The position numbers and the translations under genes were made by a program. From Eledone cirrhosa (taxonomy: Eukaryota), in contig OZ024750.1 of assembly GCA_964016885.1 (NCBI GenBank), positions 47,616,001 through 47,680,000 on the forward strand: DNA of 64,000 nucleotides, in the 5' to 3' direction. This document shows, in pieces, positions 28,958 to 43,260 of the stretch; position 1 is the stretch's first letter; the number at the start of each line of letters is the position of its first letter. Below the pieces are notes generated by a model that did not search any database, was not told the origin of the DNA, and was given only the letters and a program-made list of their open reading frames with translations.

Positions 28958-29585
28958 GTCCGTGTTTGTGTCTAACGTGTAACCCACTTTTTAAAATGTC
29001 ATAAGAACGTACGTATATCTGTATAAGCTTGCCCGCTCTTTGAAATTTGATGAGATATTATTTGAAAATGTTCAAATATTATTAATCATCACAATGGCAG
29101 AATAAGGAAACATTAAAACGATAACATATGATGCCTCTTTATTGAGCCGTCGGACTCAATATTTTAAGAAATAAGCCCGCGATCGTAGAGACTTTTGTTC
29201 GATTTGCAGCACTACGTTATTTTCCTGAGCAAGAAACTTCATTTCTATAAGTTACTGTCTATCAGTCCACTAGGAAAATGTTAACATTGTCCCTAGCTGA
29301 ATCTCCCTGAGAACTGCATGAATTGATCCTACGAATGTATGCGGGATGCTCATAGAATTGCAGGATAACCTGCACTCTAATCAACTCTAATTAACTTCGT
29401 TGAAACTCTAATATACTTCGTTGAATCAGGCGTCTAATGCATTTATATGCATGTTATCGGCTTCATATGTATTAATCGATATTTCAGAGAGAATCAATTA
29501 TCTCTTCAACTTAATTATGAATCGCGTCAGGTAAATTTAATGAGATTATCGGATTGTGTGACTTCAATGATACGGTTGTATATGC

Positions 29586-29641
<56 letters not shown>

Positions 29642-29736
29642 CATAATATATATATATATATCACTAATACTCTTTTATTCCTAATTAAACCATTTTTCAA
29701 CTGTGAACAATTTGTCAGCATTTTCTATTCCGTTTA

Positions 29737-29784
<48 letters not shown>

Positions 29785-29785
<1 letters not shown>

Positions 29786-29978
29786 GTAGGTCCCGGGTTG
29801 AGTCGGGGATAACCACAGTAAGTAAGGTACTCAATACATGGCAGAGTAAATTTTTTTTTTTATAGAAGGAGCTTCTACAGGACTAGTACTGTTTCATTCA
29901 GATGAAATCTTCAGGAAGCTCATGAAGATTTCATCTGAATGAAACAGTACTAGTCCTGTAGAAGCTCCTTCTATAAAA
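29785..29978. mobile_element. Family D fold-back element (tail + two ~55-bp inverted arms)
   Basis: About 29857-29912 is the reverse complement of about 29923-29978; the tail is shared with 27645-27710. Confidence 0.9.
29869..29921 (-). ncRNA. Complete type I hammerhead ribozyme
   Basis: GAGCTTC-CTGAAGA-T.TTC.ATCT.GAA.T-GAAA-CAG.TACTAGTC.CTG-TA-GAAGCTC, with a 7-bp stem I and a GUA site. Confidence 0.85.
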
Positions 29979-30260
29979 TAAAAATAAAAATATATATATA
30001 TATATATGTGTATACACATACATACGTATACATTTTTTACCTGAAATACAATGCCTACATGAAATATGTATTGGCTTCTCCTATATGATGTCGGATTAAA
30101 TGTTACACTTAGTTTTACAGACATCACGTCACACGTAATTTTACACCATATCTTTCATGCTTAGAAATACATACCGCTCTTATATACATGCAAACAATCT
30201 TACAGTTATATCTCAAAATGTGCATGCATTCATACCTGCACTCACAAACACACACACACA

Positions 30261-30307
<47 letters not shown>

Positions 30308-30310
<3 letters not shown>

Positions 30311-30470
30311 CGAGTAGGACCCCGACGGCTGAGCTCAAGCTCGTTCGACGGCTGATTCTGGACTTGGCCGTCGGTGTCCTACTCGTTCCTATTACCCACT
30401 CTACTACCCTAAGTATTGAGTACTTTGGTGCGTTATGGTCCACCTGATTCCTTACCATATTTCCTTCGTT
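30308..30470 (+). mobile_element. Family C fold-back + tail
   Basis: GAACGAGTAGGACCCCGACGGC ... GCCGTCGGTGTCCTACTCGTTC, then a tail nearly identical to the reverse complement of 59923-60003. Confidence 0.85.
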
Positions 30471-30471
30471 A

Positions 30472-30539
<68 letters not shown>

Positions 30540-30924
30540 TGTGTGCGTGTATGTGTATGTGTTTCATTGTGAGTGTGGGTTCGTGTGTGTGTGTGTGTGT
30601 GTATTAATTTAGTGATGCACGTCAGAGGTGTTGACGTGTGCACTGGACAGAAAAATAGGACGTATTGTTGCGATAGTAAACCCACCATTCCTCAATTTCT
30701 AAATAATGATGTCGTTGATGTCATCTAGAATGTTAGAAGAAATACATGAAGAGGAGCCAGTCTACATGGTGGGAAGCATTTTAAGCAATACGGTACAAGC
30801 CCTAGCCCATCTGCAAACGCACCGTCACAAGCAGCCGAGCACCATATAGGGTTATAAGTGTAATTACGGTGTGAATAATTGAAATCCCTGTAGTATTGCA
30901 TAAGCTAAAAACAACAAACTCAAG

Positions 30925-30987
<63 letters not shown>

Positions 30988-31159
30988 CCTGGAGAGGTGC
31001 TAGAAGGGCCGCCAGTGACAGGATCAATTGGAGGAAGCTCGTCGCCGAATTGTCCACAAGGGACTGGAGGAACTAACACTAAGACTAAGATATATATATA
31101 TATATTTATTTATATATATATATATATACATACATATATATATATACACACATATACAG

Positions 31160-31205
<46 letters not shown>

Positions 31206-31233
31206 ACCTACACATATACGCACACACACACAT

Positions 31234-31296
<63 letters not shown>

Positions 31297-31299
31297 TAG

Positions 31300-32011
31300 T
31301 ATAAGGTATCTATTTTTGAAGTTCTAGTTAAACTTTATTTAGTTACCTACCTAGCTATGTCTGCTTACACACTTTTACAAATTATCCCCTGTCATTGTTT
31401 CATATGTTTATTTATATGTTAATCAATTTCTAGTTGTTATAAAATGCTCGGACCTATTCATTAGAATCTTGGAGCTTATTTTACGGGTGATATGGCACAT
31501 GTCATTCTGGCATGACACCCTTTATTTGATTTAGATATCATTTAATTTGATTTATCTTAATTTTGGATATATATATATATAAATACGGCTCCTTAATTGT
31601 AGAGCTAATTCTGTTGAAAGGACTGGGCTGCTGTTTCTAGTTGTCGATAACCCTATTCACGCCACTGGGATGAAGCTGGTATGATGTGTGTGTTTCTAGT
31701 ATATACAGCACGTGTTACTGGCCAGTCGCTGATTTAAACTTAACACCTAAACACAGAAAGCTGGACTCCTTCCTTGTTGAGAATCCAAGAACAGGCTACT
31801 GTCGTTTACCAATCCATTAATTGGTGAAATATATTTCTGTAATGGAATATATACAAGGAAGATTAATCATCTTATAAGGTATCTATTTTTGAAGTTCTAA
31901 TTAAACTTTATTTAGTTACCTACCTAGCTATGTTTGCTTATACACTTTTACAAATTGTCCCCTGTGATTGTTTCATATGTGTATTTATATGTTAATCAAT
32001 TTCTAGTTGTT
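31300..32011. repeat. Partial tandem: ~140-bp direct terminal repeats (31300-31439 and 31873-32011), (TA)n-flanked
   Basis: TATAAGGTATCTATTTTTGAAGTTCTA...AATCAATTTCTAGTTGTTA occurs twice, with a period of about 573 bp. Confidence 0.8.
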
Positions 32012-32038
32012 AAATATATATATATATATATATATATA

Positions 32039-32509
<471 letters not shown>

Positions 32510-32689
32510 AATATGTGTGTGTGTGTGTGTGTGTATGGACTGAATGTTAAGTAATCACAATAAAACAATACTTAATATTACAGTGTAAAAACTAGTTTTA
32601 TCAAGACAGGACATATAACTCTGTATCCTGAGTGTCCACCACCCGAAATGTTTTCTCAATAAGACTTTACCACTTTACCAAACTTTGCA

Positions 32690-33100
32690 TCACTTTGACG
32701 ATATTTTAATGTCTCATATTCCCTTCCTTTAGGTCAACGTCTCGTGGCATGTAACAACATCACAGACTTGGAGTAAATACTGATAACAACATAAACTGGT
32801 ATACTTATATAAATAGCAAAGTTACCAGGCGCACAGGAAATGTTTCTGGATTCTCAGAACTTACCAGTCGAAAGATATCCCTAACATTACCCTTCTCTTC
32901 TCTACTTTTTTCCGTTCCCACACTGAATACTCTTCTCCACTGTGCTTTCCCCACAGGAAACACAGTATTATGAAAATTGAAGCACCTCAAAGGTCAATCA
33001 CAAAACATAAACGGGATGACAAGCTTTGAAACCTCAAAGTTTACAAAATCCCAACGCCACAGTGAGCGATGAATTATCTGCATGATAAGAAAAATATTCC
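32690..33100 (+). pseudogene. CR1/L2-group LINE RT C-terminal remnant
   Basis: Manual translation across frameshifts gives LGVNTDNNINWYTYINSKV, RSHTEYSSPLCFPH and IEAPQRSITK, resembling DLGV..D..L.W..HI / R..LEY.S.VW.P / E.VQR..TK. Confidence 0.6.
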
Positions 33101-33344
33101 ATTAGCATTGCCTAAATGATGTTGGCATCATCTTCAAATTACATAAAAGGCTTGTGGCCCGTGCTTTCTCTCAAGAACAAAAATTCAAACTCACATCTCA
33201 TAACAACATTACGGAACAATTATTTAACCACAAATGGTCCCGCTCTATGTATATATATATATATGTCATATATAATACATTCATACATGATGGCTGGTCA
33301 CTCATTATCGAGTATGGCCATTGCACGATGTAACATTATTAATA

Positions 33345-33530
33345 ATGGATTGGCAGTATCGGTAGAGGGTCGGACGCCATGCTTTGGCGCATAGAGTTAC
33401 GGCCCTTCCCATTCTGAGTTCAAATCCCGTCAAGGTTAACTTTGCATTTCATCCTTACGGGGTCGATAAAATAAAGTACCAGTAATGCACTGGGTAATTG
33501 CTGGCCTTGTGCCAAAAGTAGAAACAATTA
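33345..33530 (+). mobile_element. tRNA-derived SINE, same family as 4975-5166
   Basis: GGATTGGCAGTATCGGTAGAGGGTCGGACGCCATGCTTTG...GAGTTCAAATCC...CCTTGTGCCAAAAGTAGAAACAATTA. Confidence 0.85.
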
Positions 33531-34413
33531 CTAATAAATTAATGCTAACAATTACTAATAAATTAATGCTATCATGCAATGTCTGTGCGTGAACATGTTT
33601 TTCTTTTTTAAAGTGAGGAAAGACTGTGCACTGAGCCAATCCCTCTCCCTGAGCGACAGTAGCTAGACTGTATACATACATACATATCAATGTACAGCAT
33701 TCGTCGTTTGAAAAGATGTAATACCATCCCACACATACATATTAGTTATATGTTATTAACAAATCATGATTTAAGTAGTTCCCACTGACATACAAATGGA
33801 AACTCTCCCTTTCTCTCTCTCAAATGTTGATTTAAGGGCAATTTCTTACTGTAGAGCCGTAATTTCAATTTCCGTTAAATTTCATAGAGGGGTGGCTTCA
33901 GAGGAAATACATCATTTAAAAATGGTTAACATTCTTAAGTTGTTTATGAAACTCGAAAACAGTGTGAGTAAACGAAAGAAAGAGAGAGAAGGAAAGAGAA
34001 AGAAAGGAAAGTTTTCATTACTATTTAACATAAAGTTATGTTCAGAATTAAAAGTACAGACTTGGAGAACAATGGTTTAAATAAAAAGAAAAAAACGTAT
34101 ACTAAACGTAAAAATAAACCGGAATTGGAAAATTTTCTTTTAATATGGATGCAGAATGAAACATCATGCCTAATACCACGCTAGTTCCGACAATGTGGCA
34201 GCAAGACAGCGTGAAATCCAACAATAGATGAAACATTGTACTGGAAACGGAAACGTCGCCATGTCTAGAACATTAAGATTGTAAGGAACATTGTAAAGAA
34301 TACAATGTATCAAACAATAGAAGTATATTAACAATGATCTAGTCACATAAAACACCTTATATGCATATTTGCACATGAATATGTATACGTGTGTATTTGT
34401 ATATATTTTCATT

Positions 34414-34513
<100 letters not shown>

Positions 34514-34659
34514 CATATATATATGTGTATATATATATGTGTGTGTGTGTAAATGAATATATATATATATATATACATATATATATAAATGTGCATGTAT
34601 GATGTGTTTATATATAAATCCGGATGTATGTTTATATGTATACACCTATATATATATTT

Positions 34660-34693
<34 letters not shown>

Positions 34694-35152
34694 GGTGTGT
34701 GTACATGTATACATATATACAGATTTACACAGAAGATGGTAACGGGATATAAGTTTTTTAACAATAGTGTACCCAGATTAAGTTCGCCGAAAGCATTTCC
34801 ATTGAAGTGAATGAAATATCGTGGTATCAATTTGAACTGTTTAAGTTAACCTTAGCACAAATAATCAATATCATTTGTATAATAGAGTGTATGGAATTTC
34901 ATTGACCAATGTCACATAGGAAATACGCTTATTACATCACTAAACACAATATTATGTGTATGCAAAATAAGCTAATATTACATACAGCACGTATGAATAT
35001 CAATGATAATATAATCACTTTACAAAGAGTTGCAAGTCAAACAACAGCAATCAACCACATATCTACTAACCTATGTCTATGTTCATTTATGCAAGTCTCA
35101 GGAACACGAATGATATATCTTTATTTTTTCCATATTCTTGATTACAAACTGA

Positions 35153-35239
<87 letters not shown>

Positions 35240-35343
35240 GTGTGTGTTTGTGTGTGTGAGTACACACACACACACACACTATATACACGTGTGTATGTAT
35301 ATATATATATATATATACATGTGTGTATGTATATATATATATA

Positions 35344-35423
<80 letters not shown>

Positions 35424-35828
35424 TATACATGTGTGTATGTATATATATATATATATATATACACATTTTAGTTGAAGTCTGTCGTTTAAACGCATTGCAA
35501 TTATACTCCAATATACTATATTCGAGATCAAAGATGACTCGTTTGTGACCAACCGGCCATCTTATGTTTTCAAGCATATCGTATCGAAATCATCTAAAGT
35601 AATGTTTGTTTCAAAGAAGGTAGAGTTTTGGTGTAATAGATATTCGTTTAATATATCTAGAAAGTCGAATGACAGCGTAGGTGCTTGTATCATTAGCCAC
35701 ATTATGGTTAACCGTTAATACAACGATTACACACACAAACACACACATACACACACATAAACGCACACACACATACAGACACACATACACACACACATAT
35801 TAGGTATATATATATATATATATATATA

Positions 35829-36461
35829 TGAACAAAGTTTGTCCTTCATCAGTGATCTTCCAACTATCATACGCATTTCATCGCTTTAAAGACCATATAC
35901 CTCCGGTTGGTGCGAGCAACGGCTAAAATAAGTCGTTGGGACACGTAAATAAAGGAGACGCGAGGGTAAACAAACAAAATGGTGAAGCAACAGAAAGTGA
36001 GGAAGAAGGAGACAAGTCCCAGATTTCTATGAATTTAAGTTCGGTGAAATCGTGAACGAGAGAATAAAGACCATCAAACCTGGTCTAACGGGAGGAAGAA
36101 GGGGTCTGCAGACCCCTTCTTCCTCCCGTTAGACCTGTGCTAAATTCCTTCCTTGCTCACATTTCAACCAGGTTTGATGGTCTTTATTCTCTCGTTCACG
36201 ATTTCACCGAACTTAAATTCATAGAAATCTGGGACTTGTCTCCTTCTTCCTCACTTTCTGTTGCTTCACCATTTTGTTTGTTTAACCTCGCGTCCCCTTT
36301 ATTTACGTGTCCCAACGACTTTTTTTAGCCGTTGCTCGCACCAACCGGAGGCATATTGTCTTTAAAGCGATGAAATGACTATGATAGTTGGAAGATCACT
36401 GATGAGGGACAAACTTTTTTCATATGTAACGCATTTGCAACTCCGCAGCGCCCTTATTATC

Positions 36462-36462
<1 letters not shown>
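35829..36462. mobile_element. Nested fold-back element: ~255-bp outer arms, perfect inner palindrome, short tail
   Basis: 35829-36083 is the reverse complement of about 36168-36423. The inner palindrome spans about 36082-36135. Confidence 0.9.
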
Positions 36463-36517
<55 letters not shown>

Positions 36518-36524
<7 letters not shown>

Positions 36525-36838
36525 AGAAAAAGAGAATCAATGTTGCGACGAAAGGAATTTATTGGACATATTACAATTGTCTCTCGGGCCACCAGCTCAA
36601 GGCACGATCGATGTGGTGATCAAACCTGACTCTGAAAGCGCGCGATTTCAGATTCAGGTTTGATCACCATATTGATCGTGCCGCGATCTGGTCGCCCGAG
36701 AAACAATTGTAATATGTCTCATAAATTCCTTTCGGCACAACAGTGATTCTCTTTTTCTGTGATATCATACTCTGCTCTACGAGGGCATCGAATGCTCATA
36801 CGATCTACTGCATACGGACGCTTTAATTATCCAACACC

Positions 36839-36842
<4 letters not shown>
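36518..36842. mobile_element. ~245-bp fold-back + tail with a degenerate HHR
   Basis: Arms about 36518-36637 and 36646-36765. The right arm reads CATAT...GAAA-CAATTG-TA-ATATG, but the CUGANGA core is lost. Confidence 0.8.
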
Positions 36843-36869
<27 letters not shown>

Positions 36870-36910
36870 ACATATGAGGATAGACCATTAAAACATGTTT
36901 ATTTAAAACA

Positions 36911-36952
36911 GCACCTACGCACGTTTCGCCCAGTTGGGCTTCTCAAGGGCAT
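36911..36952 (-). ncRNA. Hammerhead-like motif with atypical CTTGAGAA core, at the 3' end of a probable PLE remnant (~36870-37460)
   Basis: TGCC-CTTGAGAA-GCCC.AACT.GGGC-GAAA-CGTGCG-TA-GGTG, followed by AATAAA. Confidence 0.55.
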
Positions 36953-37501
36953 ACATAATCAAAAGTGTTCCTTACATTGCTCGGAAAGAGTTTTTTGGGG
37001 TTAAATCCACGTCAAGGTTCATTGCTCACAAAATAGCTTGTTTTGATTTTGCAGCAGGTCAAGGGAGGTATCTCTCGCCGGTGTTAGGGCAGTCTTTCCC
37101 GGACAAATGTTTTTATCCGCTACGAGATGAGGTTACAACCTTACCATTGTCGGTACGCATGTAATCAACGCTTACTTTGAGAGTTTGTTTGCCACATCTG
37201 TTTGTCTCAGTCGTTTAAGGCTGGGTCTGGTATGCAAGGATAGTTTCCTGGGTGTTATTTTGCAGCGCCTGCCCGCCGGATGTTAAGAATTGTTACAGGG
37301 AGATCCGGTGCACGGCTTCACTCCTCATCCTTAACCCATTTGAAGAAGAATATTTTTAAGCGATGTGTACAACTCATCGCTGTTTCAGGTCTGGTGTTGA
37401 TGAGCTCGTAGGGTGCAGTTATGATGTGGCATACGCTACATGGCAAATAACTATATGTATCAACTATCCTCCATTATTTTTTCTCTCTCCATACGTAAAT
37501 A

Positions 37502-37714
<213 letters not shown>

Positions 37715-37761
37715 AAAAAGAAATACACATATACGTGCGAACACATACATATACAAGCATA

Positions 37762-38348
37762 TGGTATTTATATATTTTTTGTTAATGTCTAATGTTTCTT
37801 CTTTCTTTATAATGTATTATATAGAAATTTAATTCAATCAGATTATTTTGTCCCTATTAATCATAGAGCAACAACGGTTAAGGTTGCCACCACACAATAT
37901 CAGGGATATATGCATGTATATGTATGTGTTTGTATGTATCTGTTTATTTCTTTTTCTTGTCTATAAAAGCTTACACTATTTACACTTCTAGCTCTCCTTA
38001 GCCACCTCGTCTGTAGCCTAGATATTAATGCCCCCTCCGCAATTGTGGTATTTTTGTCTAGGTTGTAAGATGCTTAACTCTGTTTCATGACAAACTGTAT
38101 CACGTGATAAGTTCCACTTCCGCTTTTCCTGGTTCTCTCTCGCGCCCTGCAGACGTATTTTGAACCTTTACATGAGGTATTCTCTTGATGAGCTGGCAAT
38201 CCTCACAGAAATACTTCATCTCTATGATGTAGTGTTTTTGCAAAGTAGCCGCGAAACTGTACAGTCTAGAATGTTGAAGAATACTGGGTATTTATTTATT
38301 TTTTCTTTATGTCTAATGTTCCTTCTTTCTTCATAATGTATTATATAT
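37762..38348 (+). mobile_element. Partial tandem (~525-bp period, ~70-bp terminal direct repeat) with an HHR at 38179-38272
   Basis: GGTATTTAT...ATGTCTAATGTT.CTTCTTTCTT.ATAATGTATTATATA occurs twice. The HHR reads ATTCTC-TTGATGA-GC.TGGC...GCC.GC-GAAA-CTGTACAG-TC-TAGAAT. Confidence 0.75.
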
Positions 38349-38358
38349 AAATATGTAC

Positions 38359-38491
<133 letters not shown>

Positions 38492-38779
38492 TATACATAT
38501 ATATATATATAATGTATATTATGAATCTATGAATGACTGTGTGGTAGGCAGTAAATTAAGAATTTATGTTCTTATATAATTGATATTCTGAAACATCCAT
38601 GCAAAGCCTATCAGATCTTACAAACAAGGGAGGTATCTTGTATTCCTTAGCAGATACAAAAAAATAAAATAAGAAAGAAAAAGAGAAGAATAAAGAAAGA
38701 AGAAGGAAGTATATTAGGAAGACTAAGACAATCATGATTAAATCGACCTTGGACTCTTTGAGCTTCAACCCGCTTTCCT

Positions 38780-39230
38780 GCATTTACATTGCCGGCCGCC
38801 TTCCACGCCATGCTGCCTTCAACCAGGTCATAAAGTAGGGCTTCGATGTCGCAGGATTACCCTCCCAGCTGGAGCCGGTGGGGCTGGACCGAGGGAAAGC
38901 AACATGGCAGTATGACCATCTTGTTCCACTGTGGCAAATCCCTCGTCTGGGATGTCACTTGCAGCAACACTTTCTCCAGCCACAACCTGGTGCAGACTGC
39001 GACTAACCCAGGTTCTGCTGTACTTCTGGCTGTGGGAGACTATGCAAGTACCGGTCGCTCTCTGACTGGTTTGCGGTTGAACTCTTGGCAACGGAGTTAT
39101 GAATGGAATCACCACCATAAGCGCTGAGCTGGCCAGCCGCCGATATCAGCCTTGCGAGATGGAATGACCCACCCAGCGCATCCCCCTTATCTTCCTCCGG
39201 GGAAACGCCTTCTCTTTTCTGCCGCCGCCC
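38780..39230 (+). pseudogene. CRE-like non-LTR retrotransposon RLE-domain remnant
   Basis: Manual translation gives GRLPRHAAFNQVIK*GFDVAGLPSQLEPVGLDRG, then GKSLVWDVTCSNTFSSHNL..PGSA, matching the RH..N / LEP / WDVTC pattern of CRE-type restriction-like endonucleases. Confidence 0.7.
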
Positions 39231-40792
39231 GTGGAGCGGCCAGCACTTGGGAGCCCATTTGCTAACAATACGGAGAGATGGGAACGGCGAGAAAGATGGA
39301 GGCGATGCTAGTGGGAATTGGGCTCTTCCGTGTTGAACACATTGCACCTATCCTGTGGTTCATATATTATAACCCATTATCATATTTGACATCGGGCTTT
39401 TATCTACAGAAGTAGATCTTCCAGATTGACTATAATAATTTAAAATATCTATCACAATTTTAGATATATGATTAAGTGACAATCAAATATACTAAATGCT
39501 TCTATGTCAATCATATTTTACCCTATATATCGTGACAGTTATTATTTATATTTAGTAGAAATTTCACAATACATTGTACTTGAAATCTTGGAATTATTTC
39601 AATGATAAGCTTAATGTTTCCTTTCTATCAGAATGATAGTTTTTGTGTTGGACTAAATAGTAGCAAATATATTCCGGGCAGTTATGATTCAAATATAACT
39701 GTTCCGGATAAAATATACTCTCCGAACATGTTAGTTTCATAGATATATCTGTAAATGAATTGTTATGGAATAGCTGTTTTGCAATGATGATTTATTGGGG
39801 TCCATTGTATTGGTATGTGACCGAACCATATTTTCAATGCAACACAAACATTCTAAGGGAAATTGAGTTAGTGCGAATTTATATTGAGCGTAATCGTATT
39901 TGTGGATTACATTACTCAATGGCCTGTATGCTAATTAATGAGTAGTATATACAATTCAACGAACAACATAATGAACCTCTTTCAAGCAACAGATGGGGAT
40001 TCGCAGACGCTTAATAATCCTCATCAAGCTACCACTTGAAACGGTCTATGAATAATTTTCAAAAGATTTACAGTACAAAGATCTTCTCTATTCAATCTCA
40101 CATTCCATACATTTTAAATACGCTCTACTGCTTGAGCCATGGTTTAAAGGATTTCCATTCATAACTATGATGTGTTTTATGTTCCAGACAACTAGAGCTA
40201 CATAATCCAGTATGCCCTTTGTTTTACTCACACAATCAGCTGCAATTTCATGGGTATTTGACTATTAATTCTAGTGCGTCTAGAATTAATAATCAAACGC
40301 TCCCTGCTTGGTTCCACCGAAGACAGGTATATTAGGGTGAGGAATTATGACTGGTAATTTGCACAAAGTTGAATGATTACATAACCAGAAACTTCGATTT
40401 CATTTGAACAATATGTAACATTCTTGAATATAATATTACTTAAATATAAAAATGAAAATGAGGGATTTCCGTAGAGAGAATTCGGCGTCCATTCTAAAAG
40501 TCTATGGTCTAAACGAGTGCGTGCATACACTCACACACACACACGCATACACATACACAGACAAACACACTCAGGCACACACACACACACAGATATATAT
40601 ATATATATATATTAGAGCAAACATCACGGACACTCTATCTCAAAATTATTTTTGAAAAGCATTAGAAATGCGCAACCGGTAAAACTTAAAACCAAAACTG
40701 AATACTAACTAATATTATTACTAATTCTCACTTATTCCTAATTAAACTATTTTTCACTATGAACAATTTGTCAGCATTTTCTTTTCCGTTTA

Positions 40793-40848
<56 letters not shown>

Positions 40849-41814
40849 TGTGATCATGTGTGTGTGCGTGAGTGAATATGTATACGTGCCTGTATATATA
40901 AATACATTCATAAACTTCCTGGCGGTTGTAGATTAACATAAGAGGAGTTTGTTTAGGCTTAGTTATGTTTATATTTTCGGGAAATTGTATTATTTCACAG
41001 CAGCACATATATGTGTGCGTGTGCTTCTGTGACTGGTGTGTGTATGGTGTGTGTGTGCTGGTGATCAGTGTGTACATATTTATGTGAGAAATTCCATTAA
41101 TGCTTAACGTCCTCATATGTATATTTCGTATTGTGTCTAGGAAAATGTGTCAAACTAGAAAATTGAATGTAATGCAAATGGAATAATCTGCTTTATGTTT
41201 GATTTCATTGGTTTAAGTAGGACATCAATTTCATTTATTGAAATATTTTATCGGAAACATCCGATTAATTATGTATCATAATGAATAAGACAAAATGGAG
41301 GCCCTTTGTAGAACATAGGATTAAATACACTGAAATATTTAGCTATTTTCCTGTACGCAGTGTTTGCAAATTCCCTCGAGTTCAACTATAAATGTAAACA
41401 GACAAATCGCCGAGAGAATATTTCTTCATGAAAATTAAAAATCAATTTTGCAATGGTAATCCCATGATTTAAACTTGAACAGGTGATTAGGCTAAGCAGT
41501 ATACATTTTGATAATTGTCGATAAGATGTTCTTCATACTTTAATATATATTAAATTTTAATGTGGTTAATTCATTCGCTTTGGCTACACAAACCATGTTT
41601 CCTGTTGCAATCCCACTATCCGGTACTTTGGTCTACCATAAACTAGTGTTTAACCATGTTGAGTGAAATTTGGTATATAAACTGAAATATTCAGTTGTGT
41701 TTTCATATCCCACGGAGCTGAACTAAAAATTACATTAGGACATTTTATTTTTAAAACAAATCAATATTTTAATGGAATACATGGCTAAACTAAACAAGAG
41801 GCATAATAATGGTT

Positions 41815-41995
41815 ACTACTAATGGCACCAAGCCAGCAATCACATCAGTGTATTACTGGTTCTTTATTTTATCGACACCGTAAGGGTGAAAGGTAAAGTT
41901 TACCTCGGTGGGATTTGAACTCAGAATATAAAGGGGCGTAACACTATGCTGGAAAGCATGGCATCCAACCCTCTACCTACACTGCCAATTCACCA
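41815..41995 (-). mobile_element. tRNA-derived SINE, same family as 4975-5166
   Basis: Colinear similarity to 4975-5166. Confidence 0.75.
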
Positions 41996-43114
41996 GTGCT
42001 TCAAATGCTAATATATTTTAACGTGTAGTTATCAATTTCGCATCACTTTACAAACTACGTGGTTCTGGTTTCATTCTTCCTGCTGTGCCTCCTTCAACAA
42101 ATCGAATTTACCTTTAACATATGCTCAAGTTCGCTAATGCCTTTGGAATTAAAAAATGAAGAATTGTAATACTTTATAGTCCTTACTAATAGTAAATGTC
42201 AAACTTAGTTCAAATACACAATTCATTGTACGCATACAGAGCACTCTTCTATATGCTACTTCCAAGATGTACAGAACACACACATTTATCTGATGTAAAA
42301 CAAACATACATGTACGTATTAAGATACTAATTGCTGTATAGACTGTAGACATGTTGGTACATACATCATGTTGTGTTCTTATCAGATATTTAATACGAAA
42401 ATGTGTTATTTGCTAGTTTCCTTAATATCGCTTTTCCACGGTACTAATTTTCGTTTTAATAGAAAATAGGATAAAGGTGATGCATTCTATGACTAACTAT
42501 ATATGTATGCACGTAATTCATGCACATGTGCGTGGTGGCATGTGGAGGAGTGTTTTGAATATTGAGTTTATGGATGTAAGCTTCTCAGATCGATTCTCAG
42601 TGGTGTGTTGTGTCTCTTAGCAAACCACTTTATTTTGTGTTACACTATTTCACTCAACGGGCAAATTCTTGAATTACCAGTCTTATAACATACAGTACCA
42701 AGCTGAATCTATCTGAGAATTGTGTTAATGTTACATCTGCACTGTCCAGGGAATTGCAGTTTTCTTTTACCTATAGATATCTATTATTAAATTAACTGGA
42801 ACACTAGTCACTGAATATGAGGGTGGTCCATCTTTGTGTGCGAAGCTTTATTCCTAAAGAAATATATTTGGTCGCAACCATACCGTTGGAGCAATAGAAC
42901 ATAATTACATCTGTCGCCATATAATATGTAACTATCTTGAGTAATGGCTACGCTCTTTGTCATAATTATCTGCAGCCTATAACCGCCAGGAAACATATTA
43001 GATGATCGGCTATCTAGCATGGTGCGTCTGTGTGATTGTGTCGGTATGCGCATGTATGTGTTTTTAAGCGTGTCATAATTTGATTGGGCATATATGTAAG
43101 TGCATAAAGGGCGA

Positions 43115-43260
43115 AATGGCAGCGTCGTTAGAACGTCGGTTAAAATGTTTTATGGTATTAGTTCCGACCTTTTGCTGTTTGTGTTCAAATTCCACCGAGG
43201 TCAACTTTGCCTCTCATTCTTTCCAGGTCGATAAAAATGTACCAAACTAGAACTGGGGTG
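43115..43260 (+). mobile_element. Degenerate tRNA-derived SINE
   Basis: TGGCAGCGTCGTTAGAACGTCGG...GTTCAAATTCCACCGAGGTCAACTTTGCCTCTCATTC..GGTCGATAAAA. Confidence 0.65.

Noticed and set aside
36368-36415. GAAA ... CTGATGA as a permuted (type II) hammerhead
   Set aside because: I could not form convincing stems or a valid UH site in either arm.
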